The notes under the pieces were generated by a model that had not been told where the DNA came from, made no database searches, and saw only the letters and a list, made by a program, of their open reading frames with translations. 64,000 nt of DNA from Squalus acanthias (lineage: Eukaryota): positions 10,850,001 through 10,914,000 of the forward strand of contig CM059432.1 in NCBI GenBank assembly GCA_030390025.1, given 5' to 3'. The position numbers and the translations under genes are program-made. Shown piece after piece: positions 52,072 to 62,473 of this stretch (position 1 is its first letter; every line of letters starts with the position of its first letter).

Positions 52072-54228
52072 CTAACGGAGGGGAGGGAGGGCGGTCACTG
52101 ACGACCGCCACTCCCTCAGCAGCCCAGTGTGGAACGTCTTGAGCCGACGCAGCTCGAGCCGGCCAACGTCCTTGTCAGCGCCCATGATTTTAACGGCGGC
52201 GCGGACGGACACGACGAGCAGCGTCAGCTCCGACCACTTGTCGAGGGCCAGCCGGATCTTCTTGTGACGACCCTGGCTCACGGCCATAAAATCCCGGAGT
52301 TCCCCTACGGGGATGAGGGGAGAGTCGGTGAAGGGCACGAGGGCGTCCATCGCCTCGCTGCCGATGGACTCCAAATCGTCCTCGATGCCCCCCACCGAGT
52401 CCCCGTCCTCCTCCGGGAGGTCGTCACCGGCGGCCAACCCGTCCGTCACACAGGGTGCAGCGAACGGCTCGGCCGCACCGGCCGGCCCCGCCTCCGTCAC
52501 GATCCCACCCCCAGGATCGGTGGCAGAGGAGTCCACCCTGGGCTCCTTCAGGGGCGCCGGGCCGGGAGGCGGCGGCGGCGGTTCGGGGCCCCCCCCCGCC
52601 TCAGGCGCCGGGGCGACCGGAGAAACCGGGGAGAAAATAATCCCAAATTCCTCCAGCACGTCCGGCGCCAACAACAGAGACGGAGTCAGGGGGCTTTCCG
52701 TCTCCCCGCCACCAACCTCCGACCCAGCGGGCTGGGGATTGCTACACTCCTCCACCAGGTCGAGCAGTCCCTGGGAGATATCTGGGTTATAAAAGGCGGG
52801 CTCGGCTTCAGCCTCTTTGGCCTCGCCCGCCCCAGTCCCCAGGACGCCCGACCCGGCGAGGAGCAACGGTTCAGGTTCTACATTTTCTTCCGCGGGTTGT
52901 TCCGCGCCCCCCCCCACGGGCAGGGTCTCTTCCCCATCCCCGGGAGGCACAGGTCGGACAGACTCGGCTGTCTCACCCTCCCGAGGGACAGACGACCCCT
53001 GCCGATCGCGCGCGACGATGACGGTGGTGGGGTGGGGCGCAGCACCCGCGGCGGGCGACTGCCCCCCTTTTGCGGAGGGACCTTCCTCCTCGCAGTCCTC
53101 CTGCTGGGGGCGGAGCTTTCTTTTTAACGTATTGGGGCCCGGAGAGGGGGAGGCCTCCATGTCTGCTGGGGCCTCCCTCTCTGCCCCCTTCCGACGACTG
53201 GGTTTCTTGGGCCCCTCGGGCCCGAGCCCGGCCGCAGGTCTTGATTCAGCTGCCTCAGCAGTTGCGGTCACGGTCACGGGCCCGGGCACGAGGACCCCCC
53301 CAGTCTCATGCGTCCCGACCAACTCCGCGATATACTCGGGCGTGAGTTCGGTCAATTCCGATGTTTCCTCCGCGAGGGGATCCGCCCTTAGGTGTTTAGT
53401 TTTCCTACGCGCCTTCCTTCCCCCCGGACGCTCTCCCTCCTCCCCGCCGGAGGCCGTGGTGGTGTTGGCCTCCGATTTCGACCGCGCATCCGTCGCCGTC
53501 GACGCGCGGACAGTATCAGGGGGAGGGGGGGCGGCGGCGCCAACCCTGGCCGCGCCAGGTGTCGTGGCGGCCTTGGAGGCGGGGCAGTTTTTGCGGACGT
53601 GCCCCACCTCCTTACAGGCGTAGCACCGCACGCCGTCCGAGGTCCAGAAGACGCGGTGGGCGGTCCCCCCGTGGAGCACCGTGAACGCGCCATCCGCGTC
53701 CTCCTCCCGCGCCAGCCGGACGAAAAGCTGCCGCCGGAAGGAGAAGACGTGCCGAAGGCTGGCTTCCCGGAAGCCGAGCGGGATGGGTGTGATCCCCGAC
53801 CTCACCTCCCCCAGTTGACGTAGGTGGGGGAGGAGGAGCTCACCCGGAACAAAGGGCGGGACGTTGGAAACCACAATCCTTTGCGCGGTGGCCTCAAGGG
53901 GGTCCACCGGCAGGAAGGTCCCGCCCACGGTGAGCCCCTTCTCGATGGCCAGGGACACCGCCCGCTCCGACCCCAGGAAGAACACAGCCTTGCCGTACAT
54001 TTTAGAGGCGGCGACGATGGCTGAAGGGCCGACAACCCCAGCCATGGCTTTAACGCACGCCTCTATAGTCATGTTGGGGTGAGTGTAGCTCTTGACCCCA
54101 TTCTTCCTCGTAAGGAGGGTAAAAGGTGACGGGGTAACAGGAGGACTCGTGGCTGCGGCCGTGGCCGCGGCCGCCACGCTCGCATACGTCCTCGCTGCCC
54201 CCGCCACCGACGAAGATGTACTCGCCAT
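52072..54228 (-). CDS. Tx1 ORF1p copy 2 (intact, 718 aa)
   Basis: Same protein as copy 3 apart from a cluster of substitutions near the C-terminus (CVTDGLAAG..GGIEDD). Confidence 0.9.
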   Translation of the reverse strand: MASTSSSVAGAARTYASVAAAATAAATSPPVTPSPFTLLTRKNGVKSYTHPNMTIEACVKAMAGVVGPSAIVAASKMYGKAVFFLGSERAVSLAIEKGLTVGGTFLPVDPLEATAQRIVVSNVPPFVPGELLLPHLRQLGEVRSGITPIPLGFREASLRHVFSFRRQLFVRLAREEDADGAFTVLHGGTAHRVFWTSDGVRCYACKEVGHVRKNCPASKAATTPGAARVGAAAPPPPDTVRASTATDARSKSEANTTTASGGEEGERPGGRKARRKTKHLRADPLAEETSELTELTPEYIAELVGTHETGGVLVPGPVTVTATAEAAESRPAAGLGPEGPKKPSRRKGAEREAPADMEASPSPGPNTLKRKLRPQQEDCEEEGPSAKGGQSPAAGAAPHPTTVIVARDRQGSSVPREGETAESVRPVPPGDGEETLPVGGGAEQPAEENVEPEPLLLAGSGVLGTGAGEAKEAEAEPAFYNPDISQGLLDLVEECSNPQPAGSEVGGGETESPLTPSLLLAPDVLEEFGIIFSPVSPVAPAPEAGGGPEPPPPPPGPAPLKEPRVDSSATDPGGGIVTEAGPAGAAEPFAAPCVTDGLAAGDDLPEEDGDSVGGIEDDLESIGSEAMDALVPFTDSPLIPVGELRDFMAVSQGRHKKIRLALDKWSELTLLVVSVRAAVKIMGADKDVGRLELRRLKTFHTGLLREWRSSVTALPPLR

Positions 54229-55349
54229 AATGGAGGGTTCTTTAAGGGCTACACTCACCCCAAGTCACAGGCCTGAAGGTGTTAATGGCCTCGGTTTTTT
54301 TTTTGTTTTAGTTTTCCCCTGAGCAGAGGGAGCTCTTAAATTGAAGGCACACCTCTCCCTTTAGTTGATTGAGTTGGGAGAGGGGCCTTCTCCCCTCTGC
54401 TCAATGGGTACTTAATTAAAAAGATAATGAGGTGCCTCTTAGAGAGAGAGAGGCAGAGAGAGACAAGAGACAAAGAGAGAGAGAGAGAGAGGGGGGGGTG
54501 GGAAGGAGGGAAGCCGCAAGGGCAGGGTCGCCACTCAGGATGGTGGGTGGGTGGGTGTTGGCAGGGGGGTGCACTCTCCGATGTAATAAAAGTCTTTGGT
54601 GGTGGTCTTCTGGTGGGGGAAGAAGATGTCTTCACCTGGGATAGCTGGAGATGCCCAGGCTCAGTCCTGCACCAGGTCTTAACGATGCCCAATTGGATTA
54701 AATTAATTGGGGAACTTCACCTAGGCAGCTCCAGCTGTCCCAGGTCAGGCAATGGGAAAGGGGTGTTTAATATGGTGTGTGCGGCCTAGCTTTTACAGAA
54801 GCCACACACACACACACCCCTTAGATGTTCCGGCCCTCTTCTTTTCTTCTTTCCTCCCCCCACCTACAAAACAAAGTCTCTGGGAGAGTGCACCAGAATC
54901 ACACCCACCTGTAGCTGTTGTTCTTTCCTTCCTTCCTCCTTCCAAACAGATGATGGTTGTTGGTGTTTTCTCCCCTCTCTCCCTCTCCTAAAATGGAGGC
55001 CAATTGAGGAGGCAGTGTGGAAAGGCCTCTCCTCTGGTGTTAATGTCCTTGGCCTTCCTTTCTTTTCTTTCTCCTCTCCTGTCCTCTCTCTCCAGGCACC
55101 TCAGTTGTGGTTGTTGGTTGTGGGTTGGTGGTGGTCTGCTATCTGGTCTCCTTCTCCTTCTCCTCTTCCTGCTCACAGAGACCACCACTCTGCTGCTGCT
55201 GCTGCTGCTGCTCCTTCGTCAGCAGCTCCGAAAGCTTGTGATTTCAAATAAAGCTGTTGGACTATAACCTGGTGTTTTTTTTTTTTGTTTTTTTTTGGAC
55301 AACACAAATTTACTGTAAATCAATTAAAATTTTAAATGAAACTTAATAA

Positions 55350-58300
55350 TCAAATCAAAATTTCGAAGTCCGGGGTGACGATGCACTCCAGCCCCCGCGG
55401 CGCCCACCGGTCGCGGAAAAACTCAAGCGTGCCGGCGGACACCGCGTGCTCCATCTCCAGGGCCACCCGGGCGCGAACATGGCCGCGGAAGAGAGGCAGG
55501 CAATCGGGCCGAACGACCCCCTCGACCGCCCGCTGCCTGGACCAATTAATGGCTTTCTTGGCCAGGCCCAGGAGCAGTCCTACGAGGAGGTCCTCCGACC
55601 TACCCGCTCCCCTCCGCACCGGGTGACCGTAGATCAGGAGCGTGGGGCTGAAGTGCAACCAGAAATTGAGGAGCAGCCCCTTCAAATAATGAAAGAGGGG
55701 CTGCAACCTCTCACATTCAACATAAATGTGATAAACGGACTCCTCCAGGCCGCAAAAATGGCAAGCAGCCTGGGAGTCCGTAAACCTACTTAAAATCCTA
55801 TTGCACGGGACTGCTCCGTGCAACACCCTCCAGGCCAAGTCCCCAATAGAACAAGGGAAGACTCCCGCGTAGAGAGCCTTCCAATGGGGACCTTCGCCTC
55901 CGCCGGACGGCAGGATGGTACGCCAAGGCGTGTCCGGACGGCAGACGAAGATGGCAAAGTGGAGAGTGTGCAGGAGCAGCCCGTACAGGAAACGCCTCCG
56001 TGCGGATTGAAAGGGCACGGAGGGCATTTCTCCGAGAAGGCTCAAGTGGTGAGGCGGCGGCTCCCGAGGGAGGATTCGGGGCCGGGCGCCGATAAGGAAT
56101 TCCGTCCGAACGGGGGTCAGTTCGGACGGGATCGCCCCACGTGCTTGAGCCTCCTCGACACACCTAGTGGAGACGGGGCCCAGTGCCACTTTTAGCGACT
56201 CGATGGCTTTGACCGCGAGCCGGACGTTGACCCAGGACATGCGCCTCGCCAACTCCTCCGGCGCCATCCAGCCCGCTCCTCCGCCATCGAGCAGGTCCCC
56301 GACTCTGGTCACCTTACCGGGCACAGCCCTGCCCTCCGCCAGCCAGCCGAACCCGCGGTCGTGGAGGTGCGGATTCCTGAACAGCGGCTCCCGAAGGACG
56401 GCCGCCGCTCCTGACGGGGGAGAACTGCGCTCGGAGGCGACGCTGTTCCAAACCCATAGCAGTTCCTGGTAGAAGACAGGCAGCTCCCGCAGGCTGGCAC
56501 GCGTGCCACCCACTCTCACAAACAGGAGCTGCGTGTCGTAATTGAGGCCGTGCAGCTGGCGGAAGAAATACGTCGCCAGCGCACGCCACCTAGGAGGATT
56601 CTCCACGTACAGGTATCTCTGCAGCGTCTGAAGACGGAAAGTCGCCGCCTGGGTGCGAAGGCACACCAGCGCCTGACCGCCCTCCCTAAGCGGGAGACTC
56701 AAAACCGCGGCAGAGACCCAGTGCTTCCTTTTGTCCCAGAAGAAGTCGACGAGCTTCTTCTGCATCTTGGCGACAAACGCAGGGGGAGGGATCAAAGTGA
56801 CCAACCGGTACCACAACATGGCGGCCACCAGCTGGTTTATGACCAGCGCTCGACCCCTGTAGGACAACACTCGGAGCAGTCCTGTCCAGCGTCCTAGGCG
56901 AGCGGTGACTTTGGCCTCCAGCTCTTGCCAGTTCGCCGGCCAGGCGTCCTCGGCCGGGCTGAGGTAGACTCCCAGGTAGAGGAGGTGCGTGGTGCTCCAG
57001 GCGAAAGGCCCGAACTCCTCCGGCAGGGAGTCCACCCGCCATGGGCCCACCAGGAGTCCAGAACATTTCTCCCAGTTGATCTTGGCGGAGGATGCGTCCG
57101 AGTAAATCTGCTGGCATTCTCGCATCCTCCGCAAGTCGACGGGATCCGTGACCGCGAGGAGCACGTCATCGGCGTAAGCCGAGAGGACCACCTCCACGCC
57201 CGGCCCTTGCAGAGCCAGTCCCGTCAACCTCTTCCGCAAGAGGCGCAGGAAAGGCTCCACGCAAACGGCGTATAACTGACCGGACATGGGGCATCCCTGA
57301 CGCACCCCCCTCCCGAAGCGAAGGGGCGCCGTCAAAGACCCGTTAACTTTAATCAGACACTCCGCGGCGGCGTACAGAAGTCGGATCCGGGCGACGAAAT
57401 GCGTCCCGAACCCGAATGCGCGCAGAGTCCCGAAAAGATACTCGTGATCCACCCTGTCGAACGCCTTCTCCTGATCCAGGGAAAGGAAGGCGACCGACAG
57501 ACCAGCCCTCTGGGAATGGTGGACCAGGTCCCGGACCAGATGGATGTTATCGTGGATGCTCCGGCCCGGGACCGTGTAGGACTGGTCGGGGTGGATCATG
57601 CGGGCCAGCACGGTGCCAAGGCGAGCAGACATAGCCCTGGCGAAAATTTTGTAGTCCGTGCTGAGGAGGGAGACCGGGCGCCAGTTCTTAAGTAGGCGGA
57701 GATCGCCCTTCTTGGGCAGCAGGACGATGACCGCCCTGCGCCAAGAGAGGGGCATCTCCCCGGTCGCCAGACTTTCCCCCAGGACCCGCGCGTAGTCGTC
57801 CCCCAAGACGTCCCAGAACGCCCTGTGGAACTCCACGGTCAGCCCGTCCAGCCCCGGGGACTTGCCCCTCGAGAGCTGGCGCAGGGCGCCGGTCAGCTCC
57901 GCCAGGCTTAGCGGAGCTTCTAAATTCTCGGCGCCCTCCGGGCCGACCTTCGGCAGGTCCTCCCACAAAACTCTGCGCGCATCCTCGCTGGACGGATCTG
58001 AAGAGAACAGAGCCCCGTAATAGGCCCGGGCCTCCGCGCTGATGCCCTCCGGATCCGAGACCAGAGATCCGTCGTCGGCCAGCAGCCCCAAGAGCTGCTT
58101 ACGGACCCCCCGTCTTTTTTCCAGCGAGTAGAAGAAGGGGGAGCCGCGGTCCAGGTCCCGCAGGAACTGGATCCGCGACCTCACGTACGCGCCTCGGGAC
58201 CCGACCAGCTGCAGGTCCTTCAGCGCGCCCTTCTTCTCTTCGTACACCTTCCGCAGGGCCGGGTCCTCGACGACTTGACCGAGACGGGACTCCAGGTCGA

Positions 58301-59249
58301 GCACTTCTTTCTCCAATCGCCCGACCCGGGCCTCCCGCCTCTTGGTCGACCCCTTCGCGTACTCCTGACAGAAGACGCGGACGTGAGCCTTGCCCACGTC
58401 CCACCATAGCCTCAAGGAGGGGAAGCCTCCCCGCTTCCTTCTCCAGTCGGCCCAGAACCGGCGAAACGAATCCCGGAACCGCGTGTCCTCCAGCAGCAGG
58501 TTGTTAAAATGCCAGTACGCGGACCCCCCCCGCGCGCGCAGCGGAGCGAGCTCCGCCCACACCAGGTGGTGGTCCGTGCACGGCACCGGCCGCATGGAAG
58601 CCGCCGGAACGCAGGAGACGTACGCCCGGGAAATGTAAAGGCGGTCGATTCTGGACCTTCCTCCTCCAGACCTCACGCTCGTGAAGGCGCTGGAGTCGGG
58701 ATGGAGATTTCGCCAGACGTCCACCAAGTCGAAGGACCCGACCAGGTCCCGCAACTTCTCCATCGCCGCCGGGCTTCGCGGGGGACCCGACCGGTCCCGC
58801 GCCTCGAGGGTACAATTGAAATCCCCCCCGAGGATGACGCACTCGCCCACGTCGATGGAGCCCAGAAGAGCGGACACTTCTCCGAAGAAGCGCACTTGCT
58901 GCGCACCGGTCCGGGGGGCGTACACGTTCACTAAATGGAGCGGCACGCCTCCCAGGCGAACAGTGACCTGGAGCAAGCGGCCCGGCACGTGCTCCTTGAC
59001 CCTCAAGATCTCCGGCTGAAAATGCGGGGCCAGCAAGACAGCCACCCCGCAGGAATTGTTGGAGAGGTGACTCATGCTGACCCCTCCTTGCCACTCCAGG
59101 AGCCACGTGGCCTCGTCTCCCGGAACGGTGTGGGTTTCTTGCAGGAAGCACACCGCATATTTCCCGTCCCGAAGGACCGAGAAGTTATTGAATCTACGGC
59201 GCGCCTCCCTGCTGCCGTTGATGTTGAGGCTGGCTATGGTTATCTTCAT
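55350..59249 (-). CDS. Tx1 ORF2p copy 3: APE endonuclease, reverse transcriptase, C-terminal CCHC finger (1299 aa from the first ATG)
   Basis: APE motifs SLNING, LQET, NVYAP, GGDFN, SRIDR, TDH; RT motifs KSPGLDG, WRPVSLL, DQEKAFD, RQGCP, YADD; zinc motif CHFC..HIYVEC; uninterrupted. The ORF track starts 18 nt earlier at a TTG. Confidence 0.95.
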   Translation of the reverse strand: MKITIASLNINGSREARRRFNNFSVLRDGKYAVCFLQETHTVPGDEATWLLEWQGGVSMSHLSNNSCGVAVLLAPHFQPEILRVKEHVPGRLLQVTVRLGGVPLHLVNVYAPRTGAQQVRFFGEVSALLGSIDVGECVILGGDFNCTLEARDRSGPPRSPAAMEKLRDLVGSFDLVDVWRNLHPDSSAFTSVRSGGGRSRIDRLYISRAYVSCVPAASMRPVPCTDHHLVWAELAPLRARGGSAYWHFNNLLLEDTRFRDSFRRFWADWRRKRGGFPSLRLWWDVGKAHVRVFCQEYAKGSTKRREARVGRLEKEVLDLESRLGQVVEDPALRKVYEEKKGALKDLQLVGSRGAYVRSRIQFLRDLDRGSPFFYSLEKRRGVRKQLLGLLADDGSLVSDPEGISAEARAYYGALFSSDPSSEDARRVLWEDLPKVGPEGAENLEAPLSLAELTGALRQLSRGKSPGLDGLTVEFHRAFWDVLGDDYARVLGESLATGEMPLSWRRAVIVLLPKKGDLRLLKNWRPVSLLSTDYKIFARAMSARLGTVLARMIHPDQSYTVPGRSIHDNIHLVRDLVHHSQRAGLSVAFLSLDQEKAFDRVDHEYLFGTLRAFGFGTHFVARIRLLYAAAECLIKVNGSLTAPLRFGRGVRQGCPMSGQLYAVCVEPFLRLLRKRLTGLALQGPGVEVVLSAYADDVLLAVTDPVDLRRMRECQQIYSDASSAKINWEKCSGLLVGPWRVDSLPEEFGPFAWSTTHLLYLGVYLSPAEDAWPANWQELEAKVTARLGRWTGLLRVLSYRGRALVINQLVAAMLWYRLVTLIPPPAFVAKMQKKLVDFFWDKRKHWVSAAVLSLPLREGGQALVCLRTQAATFRLQTLQRYLYVENPPRWRALATYFFRQLHGLNYDTQLLFVRVGGTRASLRELPVFYQELLWVWNSVASERSSPPSGAAAVLREPLFRNPHLHDRGFGWLAEGRAVPGKVTRVGDLLDGGGAGWMAPEELARRMSWVNVRLAVKAIESLKVALGPVSTRCVEEAQARGAIPSELTPVRTEFLIGARPRILPREPPPHHLSLLGEMPSVPFQSARRRFLYGLLLHTLHFAIFVCRPDTPWRTILPSGGGEGPHWKALYAGVFPCSIGDLAWRVLHGAVPCNRILSRFTDSQAACHFCGLEESVYHIYVECERLQPLFHYLKGLLLNFWLHFSPTLLIYGHPVRRGAGRSEDLLVGLLLGLAKKAINWSRQRAVEGVVRPDCLPLFRGHVRARVALEMEHAVSAGTLEFFRDRWAPRGLECIVTPDFEILI

Positions 59250-59274
59250 CTCAGAAGCATAGTGCAACCTCTAC

Positions 59275-61431
59275 CTAACGGAGGGGAGGGAGGGCGGTCA
59301 CTGACGACCGCCACTCCCTCAGCAGCCCAGTGTGGAACGTCTTGAGCCGACGCAGCTCGAGCCGGTCAACGTCCTTGTCCGCGCCCATGATTTTAACGGC
59401 GGCGCGGACGGACACGACGAGCAGCGTCAGCTCCGACCACTTGTCGAGGGCCAGCCGGATCTTCTTGTGACGACCCTGGCTCATGGCCATAAAATCCCGG
59501 AGTTCCCCTACGGGGATGAGGGGAGAGTCGGTGAAGGGCACGAGGGCGTCCATCACCTCGCTGCCGATGGACTCCAAATCGTCCTCGTTGCCCAACACCG
59601 AGTCCCCGTCCTCCTCCGGGAGGTCGTCACCGACGGCCGACCCGTCCGTCGCACGGGGTGCAGCGAACGGCTCGGCCGCACCGGCCGGCCCCGCCTCCGT
59701 CACGATCCCACCCCCAGGATCGGTGGCAGAGGAGTCCACCCTGGGCTCCTTCAGGGGCGCCGGGCCGGGAGGCGGCGGCGGCGGTTCGGGGCCCCCCCCC
59801 GCCTCAGGCGCCGGGGCGACCGGAGAAACCGGGGAGAAAATAATCCCAAATTCCTCCAGTACGTCCGGCGCCAACATCAGAGACGGAGTCAGGGGGCTTT
59901 CTGTCTCCCCGCCACCAACCTCCGACCCAGCGGGCTGGGGATTGCTACACTCCTCCACCAGGTCGAGCAGTCCCTGGGAGATATCTGGGTTATAAAAGGC
60001 GGGCTCGGCTTCAGCCTCTTTGGCCTCGCCCGCCCCAGTCCCCAGGACGCCCGACCCGGCGAGGAGCAACGGTTCAGGTTCTACATTTTCTTCCGCGGGT
60101 TGTTCCGCGCCCCCCCCCACGGGCAGGGTCTCTTCCCCATCCCCGGGAGGCACAGGTCGGACAGACTCGGCTGTCTCACCCTCCCGAGGGACAGACGACC
60201 CCTGCCGATCGCGCGCGACGATGACGGTGGTGGGGTGGGGCGCAGCACCCGCGGCGGGCGACTGCCCCCCTTTTGCGGAGGGACCTTCCTCCTCGCAGTC
60301 CTCCTGCTGGGGGCGGAGCTTTCTTTTTAACGTATTGGGGCCCGGAGAGGGGGAGGCCTCCATGTCTGCTGGGGCCTCCCTCTCTGCCCCCTTCCGACGA
60401 CTGGGTTTCTTGGGCCCCTCGGGCCCGAGCCCGGCCGCAGGTCTTGATTCAGCTGCCTCAGCAGTTGCGGTCACGGTCACGGGCCCGGGCACGAGGACCC
60501 CCCCAGTCTCATGCGTCCCGACCAACTCCGCGATATACTCGGGCGTGAGTTCGGTCAATTCCGATGTTTCCTCCGCGAGGGGATCCGCCCTTAGGTGTTT
60601 AGTTTTCCTACGCGCCTTCCTTCCCCCCGGACGCTCTCCCTCCTCCCCGCCGGAGGCCGTGGTGGTGTTGGCCTCCGATTTCGACCGCGCATCCGTCGCC
60701 GTCGACGCGCGGACAGTATCAGGGGGAGGGGGGGCGGCGGCGCCAACCCTGGCCGCGCCAGGTGTCGTGGCGGCCTTGGAGGCGGGGCAGTTTTTGCGGA
60801 CGTGCCCCACCTCCTTACAGGCGTAGCACCGCACGCCGTCCGAGGTCCAGAAGACGCGGTGGGCGGTCCCCCCGTGGAGCACCGTGAACGCGCCATCCGC
60901 GTCCTCCTCCCACGCCAGCCGGACGAAAAGCTGCCGCCGGAAGGAGAAGACGTGCCGAAGGCTGGCTTCCCGGAAGCCGAGCGGGATGGGTGTGATCCCC
61001 GACCTCACCTCCCCCAGTTGACGTAGGTGGGGGAGGAGGAGCTCACCCGGAACAAAGGGCGGGACGTTGGAAACCACAATCCTTTGCGCGGTGGCCTCAA
61101 GGGGGTCCACCGGCAGGAAGGTCCCGCCCACGGTGAGCCCCTTCTCGATGGCCAGGGACACCGCCCGCTCCGACCCCAGGAAGAACACAGCCTTGCCGTA
61201 CATTTTAGAGGCGGCGACGATGGCTGAAGGGCCGACAACCCCAGCCATGGCTTTAACGCACGCCTCTATAGTCATGTTGGGGTGAGTGTAGCTCTTGACC
61301 CCATTCTTCCTCGTAAGGAGGGTAAAAGGTGACGGGGTAACAGGAGGACTCGTGGCTGCGGCCGTGGCCGCGGCCGCCACGCTCGCATACGTCCTCGCTG
61401 CCCCCGCCACCGACGAAGATGTACTCGCCAT
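59275..61431 (-). CDS. Tx1 ORF1p copy 3 (718 aa from ATG): nucleic-acid-binding N-terminal region, CCHC zinc knuckle, long acidic/proline-rich region
   Basis: ASKMYGKAVFFL and VSNVPPF motifs typical of Tx1 ORF1; CYACKEVGHVRKNC knuckle; ends 25 nt before the ORF2 ATG. Confidence 0.92.
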   Translation of the reverse strand: MASTSSSVAGAARTYASVAAAATAAATSPPVTPSPFTLLTRKNGVKSYTHPNMTIEACVKAMAGVVGPSAIVAASKMYGKAVFFLGSERAVSLAIEKGLTVGGTFLPVDPLEATAQRIVVSNVPPFVPGELLLPHLRQLGEVRSGITPIPLGFREASLRHVFSFRRQLFVRLAWEEDADGAFTVLHGGTAHRVFWTSDGVRCYACKEVGHVRKNCPASKAATTPGAARVGAAAPPPPDTVRASTATDARSKSEANTTTASGGEEGERPGGRKARRKTKHLRADPLAEETSELTELTPEYIAELVGTHETGGVLVPGPVTVTATAEAAESRPAAGLGPEGPKKPSRRKGAEREAPADMEASPSPGPNTLKRKLRPQQEDCEEEGPSAKGGQSPAAGAAPHPTTVIVARDRQGSSVPREGETAESVRPVPPGDGEETLPVGGGAEQPAEENVEPEPLLLAGSGVLGTGAGEAKEAEAEPAFYNPDISQGLLDLVEECSNPQPAGSEVGGGETESPLTPSLMLAPDVLEEFGIIFSPVSPVAPAPEAGGGPEPPPPPPGPAPLKEPRVDSSATDPGGGIVTEAGPAGAAEPFAAPRATDGSAVGDDLPEEDGDSVLGNEDDLESIGSEVMDALVPFTDSPLIPVGELRDFMAMSQGRHKKIRLALDKWSELTLLVVSVRAAVKIMGADKDVDRLELRRLKTFHTGLLREWRSSVTALPPLR

Positions 61432-62473
61432 AATGGAGGGTTCTTTAAGGGCTACACTCACCCCAAGTCACAGGCCTGAAGGTGTTAATGGCCTCGGTTT
61501 TTTTTTTGTTTTAGTTTTCCCCTGAGCAGAGGGAGCTCTTAAATTGAAGGCACACCTCTCCCTTTAGTTGATTGAGTTGGGAGAGGGGCCTTCTCCCCTC
61601 TGCTCAATGGGTACTTAATTAAAAAGATAATGAGGTGCCTCTTAGAGAGAGAGAGGCAGAGAGAGACAAGAGACAAAGAGAGAGAGAGAGAGAGGGGGGG
61701 GTGGGAAGGAGGGAAGCCGCAAGGGCAGGGTCGCCACTCAGGATGGTGGGTGGGTGGGTGTTGGCAGGGGGGTGCACTCTCCGATGTAATAAAAGTCTTT
61801 GGTGGTGGTCTTCTGGTGGGGGGAGAAGATGTCTTCACCTGGGATAGCTGGAGATGCCCAGGCTCAGTCCTGCACCAGGTCTTAACGATGCCCAATTGGA
61901 TTAAATTAATTGGGGAACTTCACCTAGGCAGCTCCAGCTGTCCCAGGTCAGGCAATGGGAAAGGGGTGTTTAATATGGTGTGTGCGGCCTAGCTTTTACA
62001 GAAGCCACACACACACACACCCCTTAGATGTTCCGGCCCTCTTCTTTTCTTCTTTCCTCCCCCCACCTACAAAACAAAGTCTCTGGGAGAGTGCACCAGA
62101 ATCACACCCACCTGTAGCTGTTGTTCTTTCCTTCCTTCCTCCTTCCAAACAGATGATGGTTGTTGGTGTTTTCTCCCCTCTCTCCCTCTCCTAAAATGGA
62201 GGCCAATTGAGGAGGCAGTGTGGAAAGGCCTCTCCTCTGGTGTTAATGTCCTTGGCCTTCCTTTCTTTTCTTTCTCCTCTCCTGTCCTCTCTCTCCAGGC
62301 ACCTCAGTTGTGGTTGTTGGTTGTGGGTTGGTGGTGGTCTGCTATCTGGTCTCCTTCTCCTTCTCCTCTTCCTGCTCACAGAGACCACCACTCTGCTGCT
62401 GCTGCTGCTCCTTCGTCAGCAGCTCCGAAAGCTTGTGATTTCAAATAAAGCTGTTGGACTATAACCTGGTGTT

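Larger units (their letters stand above)
48103..55224 (-). mobile_element. Full-length Tx1-clade retrotransposon, copy 2 (ORF2 disrupted)
   Basis: Near-identical to copy 3; flanked by 52-bp repeats at 48051-48102 and 55225-55276. Confidence 0.95.
55277..62421 (-). mobile_element. Full-length intact Tx1-clade non-LTR retrotransposon, copy 3 (~7.1 kb)
   Basis: ~1-kb 5' UTR, intact ORF1 and ORF2, short U-rich 3' UTR and oligo(A) tail (T-run at ~55275-55296); flanked by identical 52-bp repeats at 55225-55276 and 62422-62473. Confidence 0.95.

Noticed and set aside
41494..62421. Array as a pure assembly artefact or simple segmental triplication
   Set aside because: Copies carry private deletions, distinct 3' tails and different (CTG)n lengths. 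Read-level confirmation is still desirable.
41571..62464. Many plus-strand and alternate-frame ORFs over the Tx1 copies (up to 367 aa)
   Set aside because: Shadow ORFs expected from very high GC content; no recognisable domains.
41442..62473. 52-bp direct repeats read as a CRISPR array or as LTRs
   Set aside because: The intervening units are ~7-kb near-identical APE-RT elements in a vertebrate genome; no cas, integrase or PBS; the repeat also occurs without the element.
62400..62473. A cis-acting hammerhead at the Tx1 5' end on the element sense strand
   Set aside because: CUGACGA-AGGAGC is present, but no downstream GCUCC-GAAA or stem I partner is visible on that strand, so a complete ribozyme cannot be drawn.
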